Shown: piece after piece, positions 38,477 through 49,545 of the stretch
Numbering within the stretch: position 1 is the first letter of the stretch
Layout: every line of letters begins with the position of its first letter
Assembly (NCBI RefSeq): GCF_018977255.1
Contig: NW_024704743.1
Coordinates: 1-64,000, forward strand
DNA: 64,000 nucleotides
Reading direction: 5' to 3'
DNA from: Callorhinchus milii
Lineage: Eukaryota
Translations under genes and position numbers: made by a program
Notes under the pieces: generated by a model
The model's database searches: none
The model's input: the letters and a program-made list of their open reading frames with translations, nothing else
Told to the model about the DNA's origin: nothing

Positions 38477-38540
38477 GGGTTTGGCTTGTAGGGTTAACAG
38501 GAGATGAGGGGGAGGATCCCCTACCCCCCAGTGACTGGTT
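38073..38540. mobile_element. Unclassified interspersed repeat family C. Other copies at about 200-350, 26590-26760, 29580-29942, 37318-37515 (rc), 43793-44115, 44805-45180 (rc), 48195-48480, 52189-52703
   Basis: Recurrent blocks CTCAGCTGAGAATTCCCC, GGAAATCCCAGAGA, GAGAGTATTAGGCGCAGGTTGG, CACAGCTCGGCCATCGAGAGCGCTGTC and GGGTTAACAGGAGCTGAG. Confidence 0.8.
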
Positions 38541-38620
38541 TGCTTGTGAGGAGAGAACATACAGGAGACATCACCTGGTCCAGGTGTTGTCCAGCCAAGT
38601 GAGTTAGTTCAGTGAGTTAC

Positions 38621-38768
38621 CATCGCACGCCACCATCTAGTGGCTCGATGGAGGTACCGCAGCATCTCAACGTACACCGACTGGTCCAACCTTGAGCGCT
38701 CGCTCCGACGATCAGGAATCTGTGCCGTCTCGGACAACGATTCCTGAGCCGGAGACCGTAATATTCCA
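38621..38768 (-). CDS. Candidate unknown gene, exon E7 ((S)GILRSPAQESLSETAQIPDRRSERSRLDQSVYVEMLRYLHRATRWWRAM; phase 2 to 0)
   Basis: ctctctctgctccAG acceptor, ATG|GTAACT donor, 148 nt open in the frame required by E6. Confidence 0.6.
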
Positions 38769-39401
38769 CTGGAGCAGAGAGAGAGAGGCTCGAGAGGGGA
38801 GACCTCAGGCGGGGGGGGGCCCTGACCAGGACGACTCGCACTTACGCAGCGCCCTTCCCTTCAGGCGGGGGCGACTGTCTCGGAAGGCTTACAGGGCGGC
38901 AGAGCCCGACACCGAAGCCGGGGCAAGGAGGGGGAAGGTGACCGTGAGCACGGTTTAAGAGGAAGGTCTTCGGTCGTGATCTAAAAGAGGGGAAGGAGGT
39001 GTGGTGGTGCGGGTTGGTGGGGGGGGGGGGAGACGGGGGTGGGGTGGGGTGGGGAGGGGAAGGCGGAGGGATTAAGGGGCGAGAGTTCCAGAGTTGACAC
39101 ACGGGGACCTCGCACACAACATCAACTACAAGTGACGCCCCCCCCCCCCCACGCACTTTATAGCGAAGGCGCCATAGAAATTTACCGTAAACCTCTCTGA
39201 CTCTACAACAGACAACCGCAGTCCCAAGGGGTTGGGGGGGGGTGGTGGTTGGGGGTGGGGGGGGGGGGGGGTGATGGGGGAACGGGACAGAATGGCAGAT
39301 GTTACGATGTGCGGAGGAGAGGGGAGGGGTGGTGGGGGGGGGGTTGGGTGTTTTAGCAGCAGTTTGCTGACTGAGTCACTGACGAGCCTGCGAGAGGGGG
39401 G

Positions 39402-39436
<35 letters not shown>

Positions 39437-39760
39437 TGGGGACCTATTTAGGTTAACCCAGACAGCACACACGCACATCTGGGCTCCATCCTCTCTCGGT
39501 CCCAGCTCCGTCATACCCTGGGTGGGTGGGTGGGTGGATGGTGGGGGGAGAAGGGGAGAGAGAGAGAGAGAGAGAGAGAGAGACGCCATTGTCAGAGACG
39601 CGTCGCTCCCGGACGAAACCTTAAACCTCGCTGGAGGGTGGGGGGGGGGGGGGGACCCCCCGTCGGCGCTCGCCGGCCGTGGCGCCCTAAAGCCACTGCG
39701 CCGCGCACCCCACGCGTGGCGCGGGCCCGGGCCCGGACTTGGCCGGGTTCCTGGCTGCAC

Positions 39761-39977
39761 CTGCTCTGCGTGTCGGCTGGAACGCCAGGCGCGGCGCGAG
39801 GGGAAGTGTGGGGTGCGAGAGAGGGGCACTTGGCAGTGGGCTGCAGCGTCTCAGCTGGAGCGGGGTTGGGTTTTGGGTCGAAATTGGCTGCTTTTCCCAT
39901 CAGCTGCAGGTCGTCATAGGAACCGCACTCGGTCTTGAGTACCTCATTGGGATTACACTCATCCAGTGGTGAAACAG
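39761..39977 (-). CDS. Candidate unknown gene, exon E6 ((A)VSPLDECNPNEVLKTECGSYDDLQLMGKAANFDPKP...PADTQS; phase 1 to 2)
   Basis: ttcccgacAG acceptor, CAG|GTGCAG donor, 217 nt open with coding-like codon usage. Confidence 0.55.
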
Positions 39978-40139
39978 CTGTCGGGAACCCCCCCCCCCCC
40001 CCCCTCCTCCCATCCCACACACACACCCCCTCCTCCTCTCCTCTCTCTCTCTCTCTCTCTCTCACTCACTCACACACACGCGCACACACACACACACACA
40101 CACGATTTCTTTTTGGGACAAAAATATATATTGGGAGGG

Positions 40140-40500
40140 CACTGCAGCTCAGGGGTTAGAGCGCTCTCGCCTCGCAAGCCGAGAGGACCCGGGGTTCGAT
40201 TTCCCCCCGGGGCAGGTCGGGGCGAAACCTCGAGCATGTTTCCGCAGGCGCGCGCGCATACGCGCACACGCACGCACACGCACGCACACGCCTCTGTCGA
40301 CCCAACAGTAAGCAGGAACCCGGCTGCTGGTCGATCGGCTTTCTCCGGGGGGGGGGTAATGATCCCTTAAAAAAAAAATAATAGTTTGGTCATTCGATCC
40401 ACGACCGCTGGCGGGGACGCTGCTGTACGCAATTGGCTGCCGCGTTTCGCCCGCAAAATGCGCAGTCCATCGACTTTACCGTACATTTGTGCACAGCGGT
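40140..40500 (+). mobile_element. Family-A SINE. Other copies at about 16895-17270+, 21310-21690-, 24615-24880+, 28910-29080+, 46455-46660+, 50077-50360+, 55390-55925-, 62330-62620-
   Basis: Shared head, body and tail motifs; boundaries approximate. Confidence 0.8.
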
Positions 40501-40616
40501 GTCTCCCACGCCGGGGAGGGGACAATCTTATCGGGGGATAATTATGGTTAGAGCGAGCGCTCTAACCATCTCCTCCGAAGGACGGCGGCTCTGATCTCTG
40601 TTACTGCGGCGCTCTT

Positions 40617-40651
<35 letters not shown>

Positions 40652-41577
40652 CCCTCTCCCCACAACGCTGCGCTGAAGGATCAGCCTGGACTGTGAGCTC
40701 AGAATCTTTGCAGGACCACGGGGTAAGGGAGGGGGGAAGAGGGATCGAACCCACGACTTCTGTCAATCCCGCACCCCCCCCCCCACCACTCCCCCAGATA
40801 AAATCACCCATTAGCTCCGTGGCTGTTCGCGAGTACGCCCACCGCGCACAAACCGGCCGCCCGCATTTGTATAGCGCCCTTCACGTGGGGCGGGAGGGCG
40901 AGCGGGGGCGAGGCGGAGGGATTGAGGGGGAGAGTTCTAGACTTTCGGGGGTGGGGGTGGGGGGGGGTTAGCGGCTGAAGGGGACTGGGGAGGCTGGAGC
41001 CAGCCGAGCGGAGGCAGCGGGCGGTGGAGTGGGTGGGGGGTTGGGTACTGTGATTGGGAGCCAGTGGTGCTTGGCGAGGGCCGGGGTAAACGGGGGGTGG
41101 GGGTGGAGGGCGGGGGGGGGGGGTGCGGAGTTTTGCGCGGGCGAGTTGTGTTTTGCGTACGGTGGAGCTGGCGAGAGACCAGCGCGGGAGGAGGGCATTG
41201 GATCAGTCCGGCCGGGGAGTGACGAAGGCGCGGAGAAGGGCTTTGGCTGCGTTGGGGGGGGTGGGCGGGTGGGAGAGAAGCCGGGGGGCGCGGGTGGGGT
41301 GGGGGGGGTGGGGGGGGCTCGAACCCACAAATCTCTCCCAGCCCAGCGTGTGTGCGTGCGACAGAGAGAGCCTGAGCCAGGCTAAACCAGATGTGAGCTT
41401 CCAGCAGCTGTCTGTTCATTGCGGGAGCAATTATGGGTTAGATTTTTCTCACTCTGACGAAAGGAGTTTTTTTCCTTCCTGACAGATTCGAGACCCCCCC
41501 CCCCACCCCCCACCCCCCACCCGCCACCCCCCGGGGGGGGCGAGGCGGTGAGCGAGGAAAGGCGGGTGGGAGGTGGG

Positions 41578-41610
<33 letters not shown>

Positions 41611-42300
41611 GAGGACGTGGGGGGGGGGGAGAAAGAGAGAGAGCGAGAGCGAGCGAGAGAGAGAGAGAGAGAGAGATGTGTGGAAAGAATTGAATGCCGT
41701 CATTTTGACCCAAACCCAGGGTCAGTAATTGAGAGAAGTGTTTTCAGATGTGATGGAGGCTGATGTGAAGAAACATTCTGTGGGGATGGGGTCACTGGGA
41801 AACAGAGACGGGACTCCTTGTGCTGACAGAGAGCGAGAAGGAGGAGAGAGCGAGAGAGCGAGAGAGAGCGAGAGAGAGAGCGAGAGCGAGAGAGAGGGAG
41901 GGAGAGAGAGAGAACGAGGGAGCGCGGGGGAGGGAGGGAGAGCTTGGCAAGACGCCCTGGTTTTTCGGCTGTCATGGAGATGAGTTAACAACCCCCTCTG
42001 GGCCGCCTCTGCCTCCGACTGTAATGGTGTTCACTCCGCGCTCCGGGGGAAACCGCCCCCCCACTCCCTCGCCTTCTTTGAGGCACAGCTCAAGACCCTC
42101 CTCTTCGACCGCCCCCTTCGGTCACCCTCCTACCCCCCCCCCTCACCCCCCCTCCCTGCCCTCCACCCTTCCCAACCCTCAGCTCGGGTCCAAATCCCTG
42201 ACTGTCCAGCGCTGTGAAAGGCGCCGTGTAAATCTGATGTGTTGTTGTGGTGGTGGGTGTGTGAGCAGCCGTGTGTGCGTGTGATATGTGTGTGCGTGTG

Positions 42301-42334
<34 letters not shown>

Positions 42335-42349
42335 TGCTCGTTCTTCCCT

Positions 42350-42480
42350 GGAGTCCTGTAGCTCGGTGGTTAGAGCGCTCGTCTCGCAAGCGAGAGGACC
42401 CGGGTTCGATTCCCGGCCAGGGCGAATCACTGGGCAAGTTTCCTTACTCCAAACACACACACGCCTCTGTTTACCCAGCA
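42350..42480 (+). mobile_element. Family-A SINE 5' part with the best-preserved tRNA-like cloverleaf
   Basis: D arm GCTC/GAGC, anticodon arm CTCGT-CTCGCAA-GCGAG, T arm CCGGG-TTCGATT-CCCGG; continues into SINE body GGGCAAGTTTCCTTACTCC. Confidence 0.85.
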
Positions 42481-43256
42481 GAGGTTTCCCCCTCTCTCCG
42501 ACCTGCTTATCCCCCTCCTCCACCCCCACTCCCCCATCCGCTGCCTCCGCTCGGCTGGCTCTGGCCTCCTGCTCGTCCCTCTCGTCCCCTCCGTCCCACC
42601 ATCGGCGGCCGTGCCTTCAGCCACTACCCCCCTGAAACTCTCCCGCGATCCCTCCGCCTTGTCCCCTCCCTCTCCACCTCCAAATCCCGCCTGAAGACCT
42701 TCCTTTTTGATCGTGTTTACGGCCACCTCCCCCCCCCACTCCCACCCCCGGCTCGGGGTCAGACTCCGCTAGCGTCCAGCGCTCTGGGACGCCACCCCAC
42801 GTGACGGGCGCTACTTAACGCAAGTTGCTGTTACTGTGAAAATGTACAGAATACAATCACAATCCGTGCCGGAGCTTATGCTTCACGAGTCCCCAGCCTC
42901 GTCAGCTCTCCCCGCTCACTCCCGACTATTCCCTTCTCCCTCGTGTCTGCATCAAGTTTCCTCTTAAACACATTGATGCTTTTTGCTTGAACCGCAGATT
43001 CCGGCCCTGAGCTCCACATTCGCGTGAAGAAGTTCCTCCTAAACTCCCCGTTACATCTGTTGCCGTCTGCCTTACGTCTACGTGTTGGACCCTCGCTCTC
43101 GGCGGTTAGAGCTCTCGCCTCGCAAGCGAGAGCACCCGGGTTCCATTCCCGGGCAGGGGGCGAAACCTGAGGCGAGGTTCCTTACTCTAAACACACGCCT
43201 CTGTTTACCAGCGCTAAGTAGAAAGTAGAGTAGAGTGATGGAGGGACGGAGGGGGA

Positions 43257-43289
<33 letters not shown>

Positions 43290-43905
43290 CAGAAGGAGGG
43301 AGACAGAGACAGAAGGGAGCGAGGGAGCAAAAGGGAGTGAGCGAGGGAGGGAGGAGTGGTGGAGTGAGAGAGGGAGGGTGGGAGCTGAGACAAGGGTGTG
43401 AGACTGAGTGACGGGTTGGACTGAGCGTTGAGTCGGCAGTAAACACAGCTGAGAATCAAATGTCAGTGAGAGAGAGAGAGAGAGAGAGAGAGACTGAGAG
43501 AACGAGAGAGACTGAGAAAGAGACCGAGAGAGACTGAGAGACAGGGAGAGAGACCGAGAGAGAGAGAGAGAGAGAGAGACCGAGAGATATTAAGAGGCAC
43601 TGGAAGTGAGCAGTGCAATGAGATTGGACTAGTTGGCTGATGCGGAGACTTGACGATCAAATGATGTGCTGAGAGCATGTAATGTTTTATGGTTCTTTGT
43701 CACCAATGTCTGTGACCCTCAATGCTCCTCCCGGAGTGAGGTAAGCAGGGTCTCCTTGGGGCCAGGGTTGATCCAGGGTGTGTCTTTTTGGCCCAGTCGG
43801 GTGTCTGACACACATGGAAACCCATCACCAAACCTCAGCTGAGAATTCCCCGCCTCCCACCGACACATGGAAATCCCAGAGATAGATGGTTGGAATGGAA
43901 TGCGC

Positions 43906-43936
<31 letters not shown>

Positions 43937-45325
43937 TTCTCTCCCTGGAGGGACGCCCCCACTGCTTACCTAATTCCGGAGAGTATTAGGCGCAGGTTGG
44001 CTCTCCCGCCGCTTGTCCAGCCTAGGACCACCCTCCCCGTTGGTTAGGGCTTTGGCTGCGGGGTTAACGGGAGCTGAGGAGGGACGACTCCCCGCCGATG
44101 AGCCGGGCCGAGCTGCGCAGTGCCCTGGAGTACTGCAGACCTGCCCCCCCCGCGCCCCCCCCCCCTTACAAAAAAGGAAAGGAACAAAAAAATAAAATCC
44201 CCCCCCCCCTAAGCATTCTTGATACGTCAGCCGAGGGTTAAGAAATATCTGGCTCACCGCAGAGCTGTCCAACGACTGTTATTCTATATCCCCAAAGGGA
44301 GAAAACACGCAAAGAATAGGGGTTTCATGTTAACAGCATCTGACACGCTAACAAAGCACGGATGGAAAGGTCCAACACACGTGTGCGGAATTCTAATCCA
44401 GCGACTTGCTTAGAATATTCTTTCTTTGTCTGCCACCCCCCCCCCCATCCCCCCACTTCCCTCTCCCCCTCTCTACGCCTGTCCCTTCCTACTTCTGCGA
44501 CCTGCTAAGGCCCACATCAACCTGTCCGCTCCCTCTAATCACTGTGCCCCAACCTTCAGCCTCTCTACCCCCGTCCTTTGGACCTCCATCCCACAATCCC
44601 TTCGCCTCGCCCTCTCCCTTGCCTCAGTCACCCTCCTACCTCCCCACCCTCCAACACCCCCCACCCCCGATCCCAACCCCCAAGTCCCTGACTGTCCAGC
44701 GCCTTGGGTCGTCCCCCCCGCCGTGAAAGGCGCCGTGTTGATATAACTTGTTGTTGCCCAGACCGCCACCCTGCTATTGCTTATCTCCTTGGCCCAATTC
44801 AGTGACTGGCTCATCGGCAGGACCTGGAAGGGCAGACCAGTCAATTGGGGCAAGGACTTCTCCCACTCAGCTCCTGTTAACCCTGCAAAGCCTTAATGGG
44901 TAAGGGGGGGGGAGGTCCTAGCTGGACAAGCAGCGGGAAAGCTCTCTCGATAGCAATATCAATGGCAAGCGACGTGTGCTTTTAGATGGTTAGACTCCAG
45001 CAGTTACCCCAATGCACACTCTGGGGTCCCCAAGTCTTGGCTCTGGCCAATCTGTGCCTAATACTTTCTGGAATTAGGTAAGCGGGGGGGGGGGGGGGGG
45101 GGGCGTCCCTCCAGGGAGAGTGCGAGAGAGATAGAGAGAGAGAGAGAGAGCGAGGGAGGGAGGGAGTGCATTCCACTCCAATAAATGTGGTACTCTCTGT
45201 CTGTTTTGGATGCTCTTAAACATGGTGATGGTTTGCCACATGTGACAGACTCACGGCTTAACTTAGGTTATGATAATATTAATAATATCTGGGGGGGATT
45301 GTCGGCCAGGACAGTACCCCGGGCG

Positions 45326-45367
<42 letters not shown>

Positions 45368-45515
45368 TCCATTCTCTTTTCGACCAGGCAACACCCCCCC
45401 CCAACACCGCTGTATTGGAACGTCAGCTTAGACCGTGCGATTCCAAGTCCCGACATGCGGGGGCTTGAACCCACAACCTTCTGACTCAGAGGCGAGCGAG
45501 AGAGAGAGAGAACGA

Positions 45516-45563
<48 letters not shown>

Positions 45564-45689
45564 TCTAGCAACTGAACCGGGCTGGAAGGTCTTCTGTGCT
45601 GTAACGTTCCCTGGTTCTCCGAGCCAGTCGGAGTTTCTCAGTATCGGGTTATCAAGTCCCATTTCCATGAGGTCATCTCAGAGTCTCAC

Positions 45690-45762
45690 CTTTTCCAACC
45701 CACAAGGAGATGAACTTCCTTATGACCAAATTCCTTCGAGCCGCGACCATCTGTGCTGCCTC
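45690..45762 (-). CDS. Candidate unknown gene, exon E5 (EAAQMVAARRNLVIRKFISLWVGK+G; phase 0 to 1)
   Basis: ctctctctcAG acceptor, AAG|GTGAGA donor, 73 nt. Confidence 0.62.
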
Positions 45763-46063
45763 CTGAGAGAGAGCGAGAGAGCGAGAGAGAGAGAGAGAGA
45801 GAGAGTGAGAGAGCGAGAGGGAGAGAGAATATCCTTCCTGTAATGAGGTAATAGGTCTGTGTGCACTCACGAGCCAGAAACACGTCACTCGGGGCCTTAA
45901 ACACAATCCGCCAGCCCTTATAAATAAATCCGCGCCGCTTAACGTACGCGGCTACTACATTTGCGTCTCCGTTTCGATGTCAAACCGATTTGCGGACGGT
46001 TCACAAGCCCCGTAGCTCAGCGGTTAGAGCGCTCGCCTGACGGGGGAGAGGACCTGGGTCCTC

Positions 46064-46097
<34 letters not shown>

Positions 46098-46199
46098 CAG
46101 AGAGCCGCATTGTCAGAGACGCCGTCCTTCGGGTGTGAGATGTTAAACTTCACTCCCACGTTGTCGGTGGGAGGTAAAGAGAAGAGAGTTTCTCCCTCT

Positions 46200-46230
<31 letters not shown>

Positions 46231-46868
46231 GCTCTCTCTCTCTCTCCACCCCCAGCGCTGCGCTGGACAGTCAACCTGGACCGTGAGCTCAGAATCCCCG
46301 ACGTGGGGTTTGAACCCATGACCCACTGACTCAGAGGTGAGAGAGTGAGTGAGTGACTGAGCCAGGCTGACGTTATGGGCTGCGCACATAACAAGGCTTA
46401 TTATTTACCGTCTAGACACACTCTCGGCCACCCTGCCTGTCTGCTGCGTGAGTAAGCGAGAGGGTTCGAGTCCCGGGCAGAACGAAACATTGGGCAAGTT
46501 TCCTCACTCCAACACGCCTCTGTTTACCCAGCAGTAAGTAGGAAACCTGGTTGCCAGTCGTTTGGCGGGATGGCTTTTTCTGGGGAGGGGCGGGGGGGGG
46601 GGGGCGGGTAACGATCCCTTTCGAAAAAAAATAAGAACGCGATCACTCAATCCACGACTCGATCCGAAGGCGCGGTGGAAGAGGAGGGTCTTGGGGCGGG
46701 AGGGAGGGAGGGAGGGAGGGAGGGCGAAGGGACTGTGGGATGGAGATCCAAAGGATGGTGGGGTGGGGTGGTATGGGGGGGCAGAGTGGCTGAAGGTCTG
46801 ACCGACGATGATGGCGGGGAGGACCGGGCGGGAGACGTGGAGCTTGCCGGAGGGAAGGAGCGGACAGC

Positions 46869-46905
<37 letters not shown>

Positions 46906-47776
46906 TCCCTTCTGTTTTGCAACGGTCCCGCGGGATCTTTAACCTCCAGCTCAACTGGGTCTCGGATTAACGTCTAAAGTTGGGACAGGACCATTAATGG
47001 GAGAGGTTCACCACCAGACAATAAGGAAATGGCGGACAAACTAAATAAATACTCGGCCTCAGATAACACAAAGGAAACTGATAAGGTTTGCTCGGAGAGG
47101 GGGGGGGTGGGGGGGGGGGGGCGTAAAAGCGTTTTACAAACAGGACGGTTAGGAACAGGGAGAAGGGGAGGTGTCCGATAAATCCCACGAAGTTACAGGA
47201 CAGGGCGCCCAGCCCAGATGGATTGCTCCCAAGGAAGCTGAGGCTCCCAAGGCGCTGGACGGTCTGGGGATTGGGATTGGGATCAGGAGGGGTGGAGGGG
47301 AGGGAGGTAGTGGGTAGGGGGGTGACTGACGGCGAGGTCGAAGAGGAGGGACTTGAGACGTGCCTTGAAGGAGGCAGTGGAGGGGTGGGGGGGAAGGGGA
47401 AACGAGGCGAAGAGACTGTGGAATGGAGTTCCAAAGGGTGGGGGCAGAGAGGCTGAAGGTCCGACCACTGAAGACGTCTCGAAGACAGGATAAGGCGCTA
47501 ACATCAAATGGTTATTATTCTGTCTGGGGGAAAGTGGGGGTGGGGGGGTGAAGGGGGGAGGCAGTGGTTGGCAGAGTGAGACTGTTGACCAGGGGAGGGG
47601 GAAGGATTGGAAATGCAAGGATTATTATTATTATTATTATTATTATTACACCTGTTTACTCTGAGCAAAGTAGCTGTCAGATTCTCGCCCCGCCCCGCCC
47701 CGCCCCGGGAGTCAAACCCAGGTCCCCTCGCTCGCGCTCTAACCATTAAGCTACAGGACTCCACCGTGAAGCGGAC

Positions 47777-47887
47777 CTTATCGTCTTTCTTTAACCGTCC
47801 CTGCGAAAGGGGCCGTTTCTGCTGCGCGGGTCCGTCTGGCGAAGGGTTAACGCCGAGGCCCCCCGGCGACTGCGACTCGTCCGTGGG
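47777..47887 (-). CDS. Candidate unknown gene, exon E4 (PTDESQSPGGLGVNPSPDGPAQQKRPLSQGRLKKDDK; phase 0 to 0)
   Basis: ttcccacgttgcAG acceptor, AAG|GTCCGC donor, 111 nt open, unique island between SINE pieces. Confidence 0.55.
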
Positions 47888-48320
47888 CTGCAACGTGGGA
47901 ACACACCTCGATCCCCGGACGCTGCCCCGAAACAGCCGCACGCCCGTAGCCCCGTCTAATGGCACCTTCCCTTGTTACCGAGCCTCGCATTTGATACACC
48001 GCCTTATCACGTCTTCCAGACGTCCCTCAAAGCGCTTCACGGGAAACTCTGTAAAGTGTCGTGGCTTTGGCGAGCGAAGCGCGGCAGCCGTTTGACCACT
48101 GAGCTACTGCCCCGTGTTATAGCGGCGAATTCAACTGAGAAGACAGCAGCGGCGGCGGCGGCGGCAACAACAATTTGCACTTTTTTTTTTCCTGCCCAGA
48201 GCCGGGTGTCCGACACGGGCGGAAGCCCATCACCGTCGCTCGAGAGTCTCCAAACCTCAGCGGAGAATTCCCCGCCCTCCCACCTCCACGTGGAGATCCC
48301 AGAGATAGATGGCTGGAATG

Positions 48321-48354
<34 letters not shown>

Positions 48355-49169
48355 CCCCTGGAGGGAGGTATCCTGGTTACTTAATTCCAGAGAGTATCAG
48401 GCGCAAGGTGTTAGCAAGAGCCAAGGCTTGGGGAGGGGGTGGGACGGGGTGACTGCTGGAGCCTAACCAGCTGAACCCACATAGAATATAGAGAGGCGAA
48501 CACGCGAGAACAGTTGAGTGTGAGAGCGCTCGAAAGAGAGAGCGAGAGAGAGAAAGAAAGAGAGACAGACAGAGAGAGAGAGAGAGAGAGAGAAGGGAGC
48601 CCTCTGCAGGAATTGAGAGTGCGCTAACAATCCCTGTAGGACATCACAAGCCCATCATCGAAAGCTTTTCTCGAGCGCTTTCCTATAAAGCCTAACGACT
48701 GTGTGTTTTGTGGGCGAAACTTGGCTGTCCCTCTGCGCCCAGCGACGTCCCCGCAAACAGCCGTGAAAATAAACGTCGCGTTTTTTAATCTGTCGGCCGG
48801 GACACCGGGAAAGAGAGCGCGCGCGAGCGAGCGAGAGCGAGAGCGAGAGAGAGAGAGACTCCCTTCTCTTTCCCAATAGCATCACGGGATCTTCACCTGA
48901 ACTGAAGGGTGGAACCTCCAACAATGTAGTGCGCTCTCTCCTTCTCTCTCTCTCTCTCTCTCTCTGTCTCTCCCCCTCTCTCTCCTTCTCTTCCCCCAGT
49001 GGGGCTCGAACCCACAACCTCCCGAGCCTCCTGAGACACCCGTCGACAGAACGGAAATAGGCCACGCGGCTCACGGGAGCTCTCAACTCTCAACTCTAAC
49101 CCCACTTCCCCACGGAGTCTGTGCTGGTGCTCGCTCCACCACTGGAACCCTCCGCTCTAACCCCGTTCC

Positions 49170-49201
<32 letters not shown>

Positions 49202-49431
49202 CCCCCCAGTGGTGCCTGTGCTGGTGGGGGTGTAATTGAACCCACAACCTGTGACTCAGGGACGAGGGTGTGAGCCAAGCTGATCCGCCCGCTTCTCTGG
49301 CTTTGACATCGGTGTAAACACTGCCACCCCACTGTCCGGCCGGCCTCCATTACGCAATGCATTGTGCCGTGAGCTCGAAGACCACCCCCCACCCAACGAG
49401 TCACAAAAGACCACTGCCTGAGCCCACTCAC

Positions 49432-49545
49432 ATCCGTCGGGAATTGCTCAAACCCTCCGTCATCACAGTCTCTCAATGAGCCCTTCACATAGTTTGGCTC
49501 TTCTGCGCGCGAGTGGCTGAAAGACATCATTGATTCATCGACCGT
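49432..49545 (-). CDS. Candidate unknown gene, exon E3 (TVDESMMSFSHSRAEEPNYVKGSLRDCDDGGFEQFPTD; phase 0 to 0)
   Basis: gtctgtccAG acceptor, GAT|GTGAGT donor, 114 nt open, in a unique island. Confidence 0.6.

Noticed and set aside
41690..41822. Extra minus-strand exon with a strong acceptor
   Set aside because: The phase-compatible frame stops after ~33 codons and there is no good donor; it could only be an alternative terminal exon.
42352..42424. tRNA-Ala(CGC) gene
   Set aside because: The cloverleaf is SINE head: mismatched first acceptor pair, no G3:U70 Ala identity pair, it runs directly into SINE body, and many degenerate copies are present.
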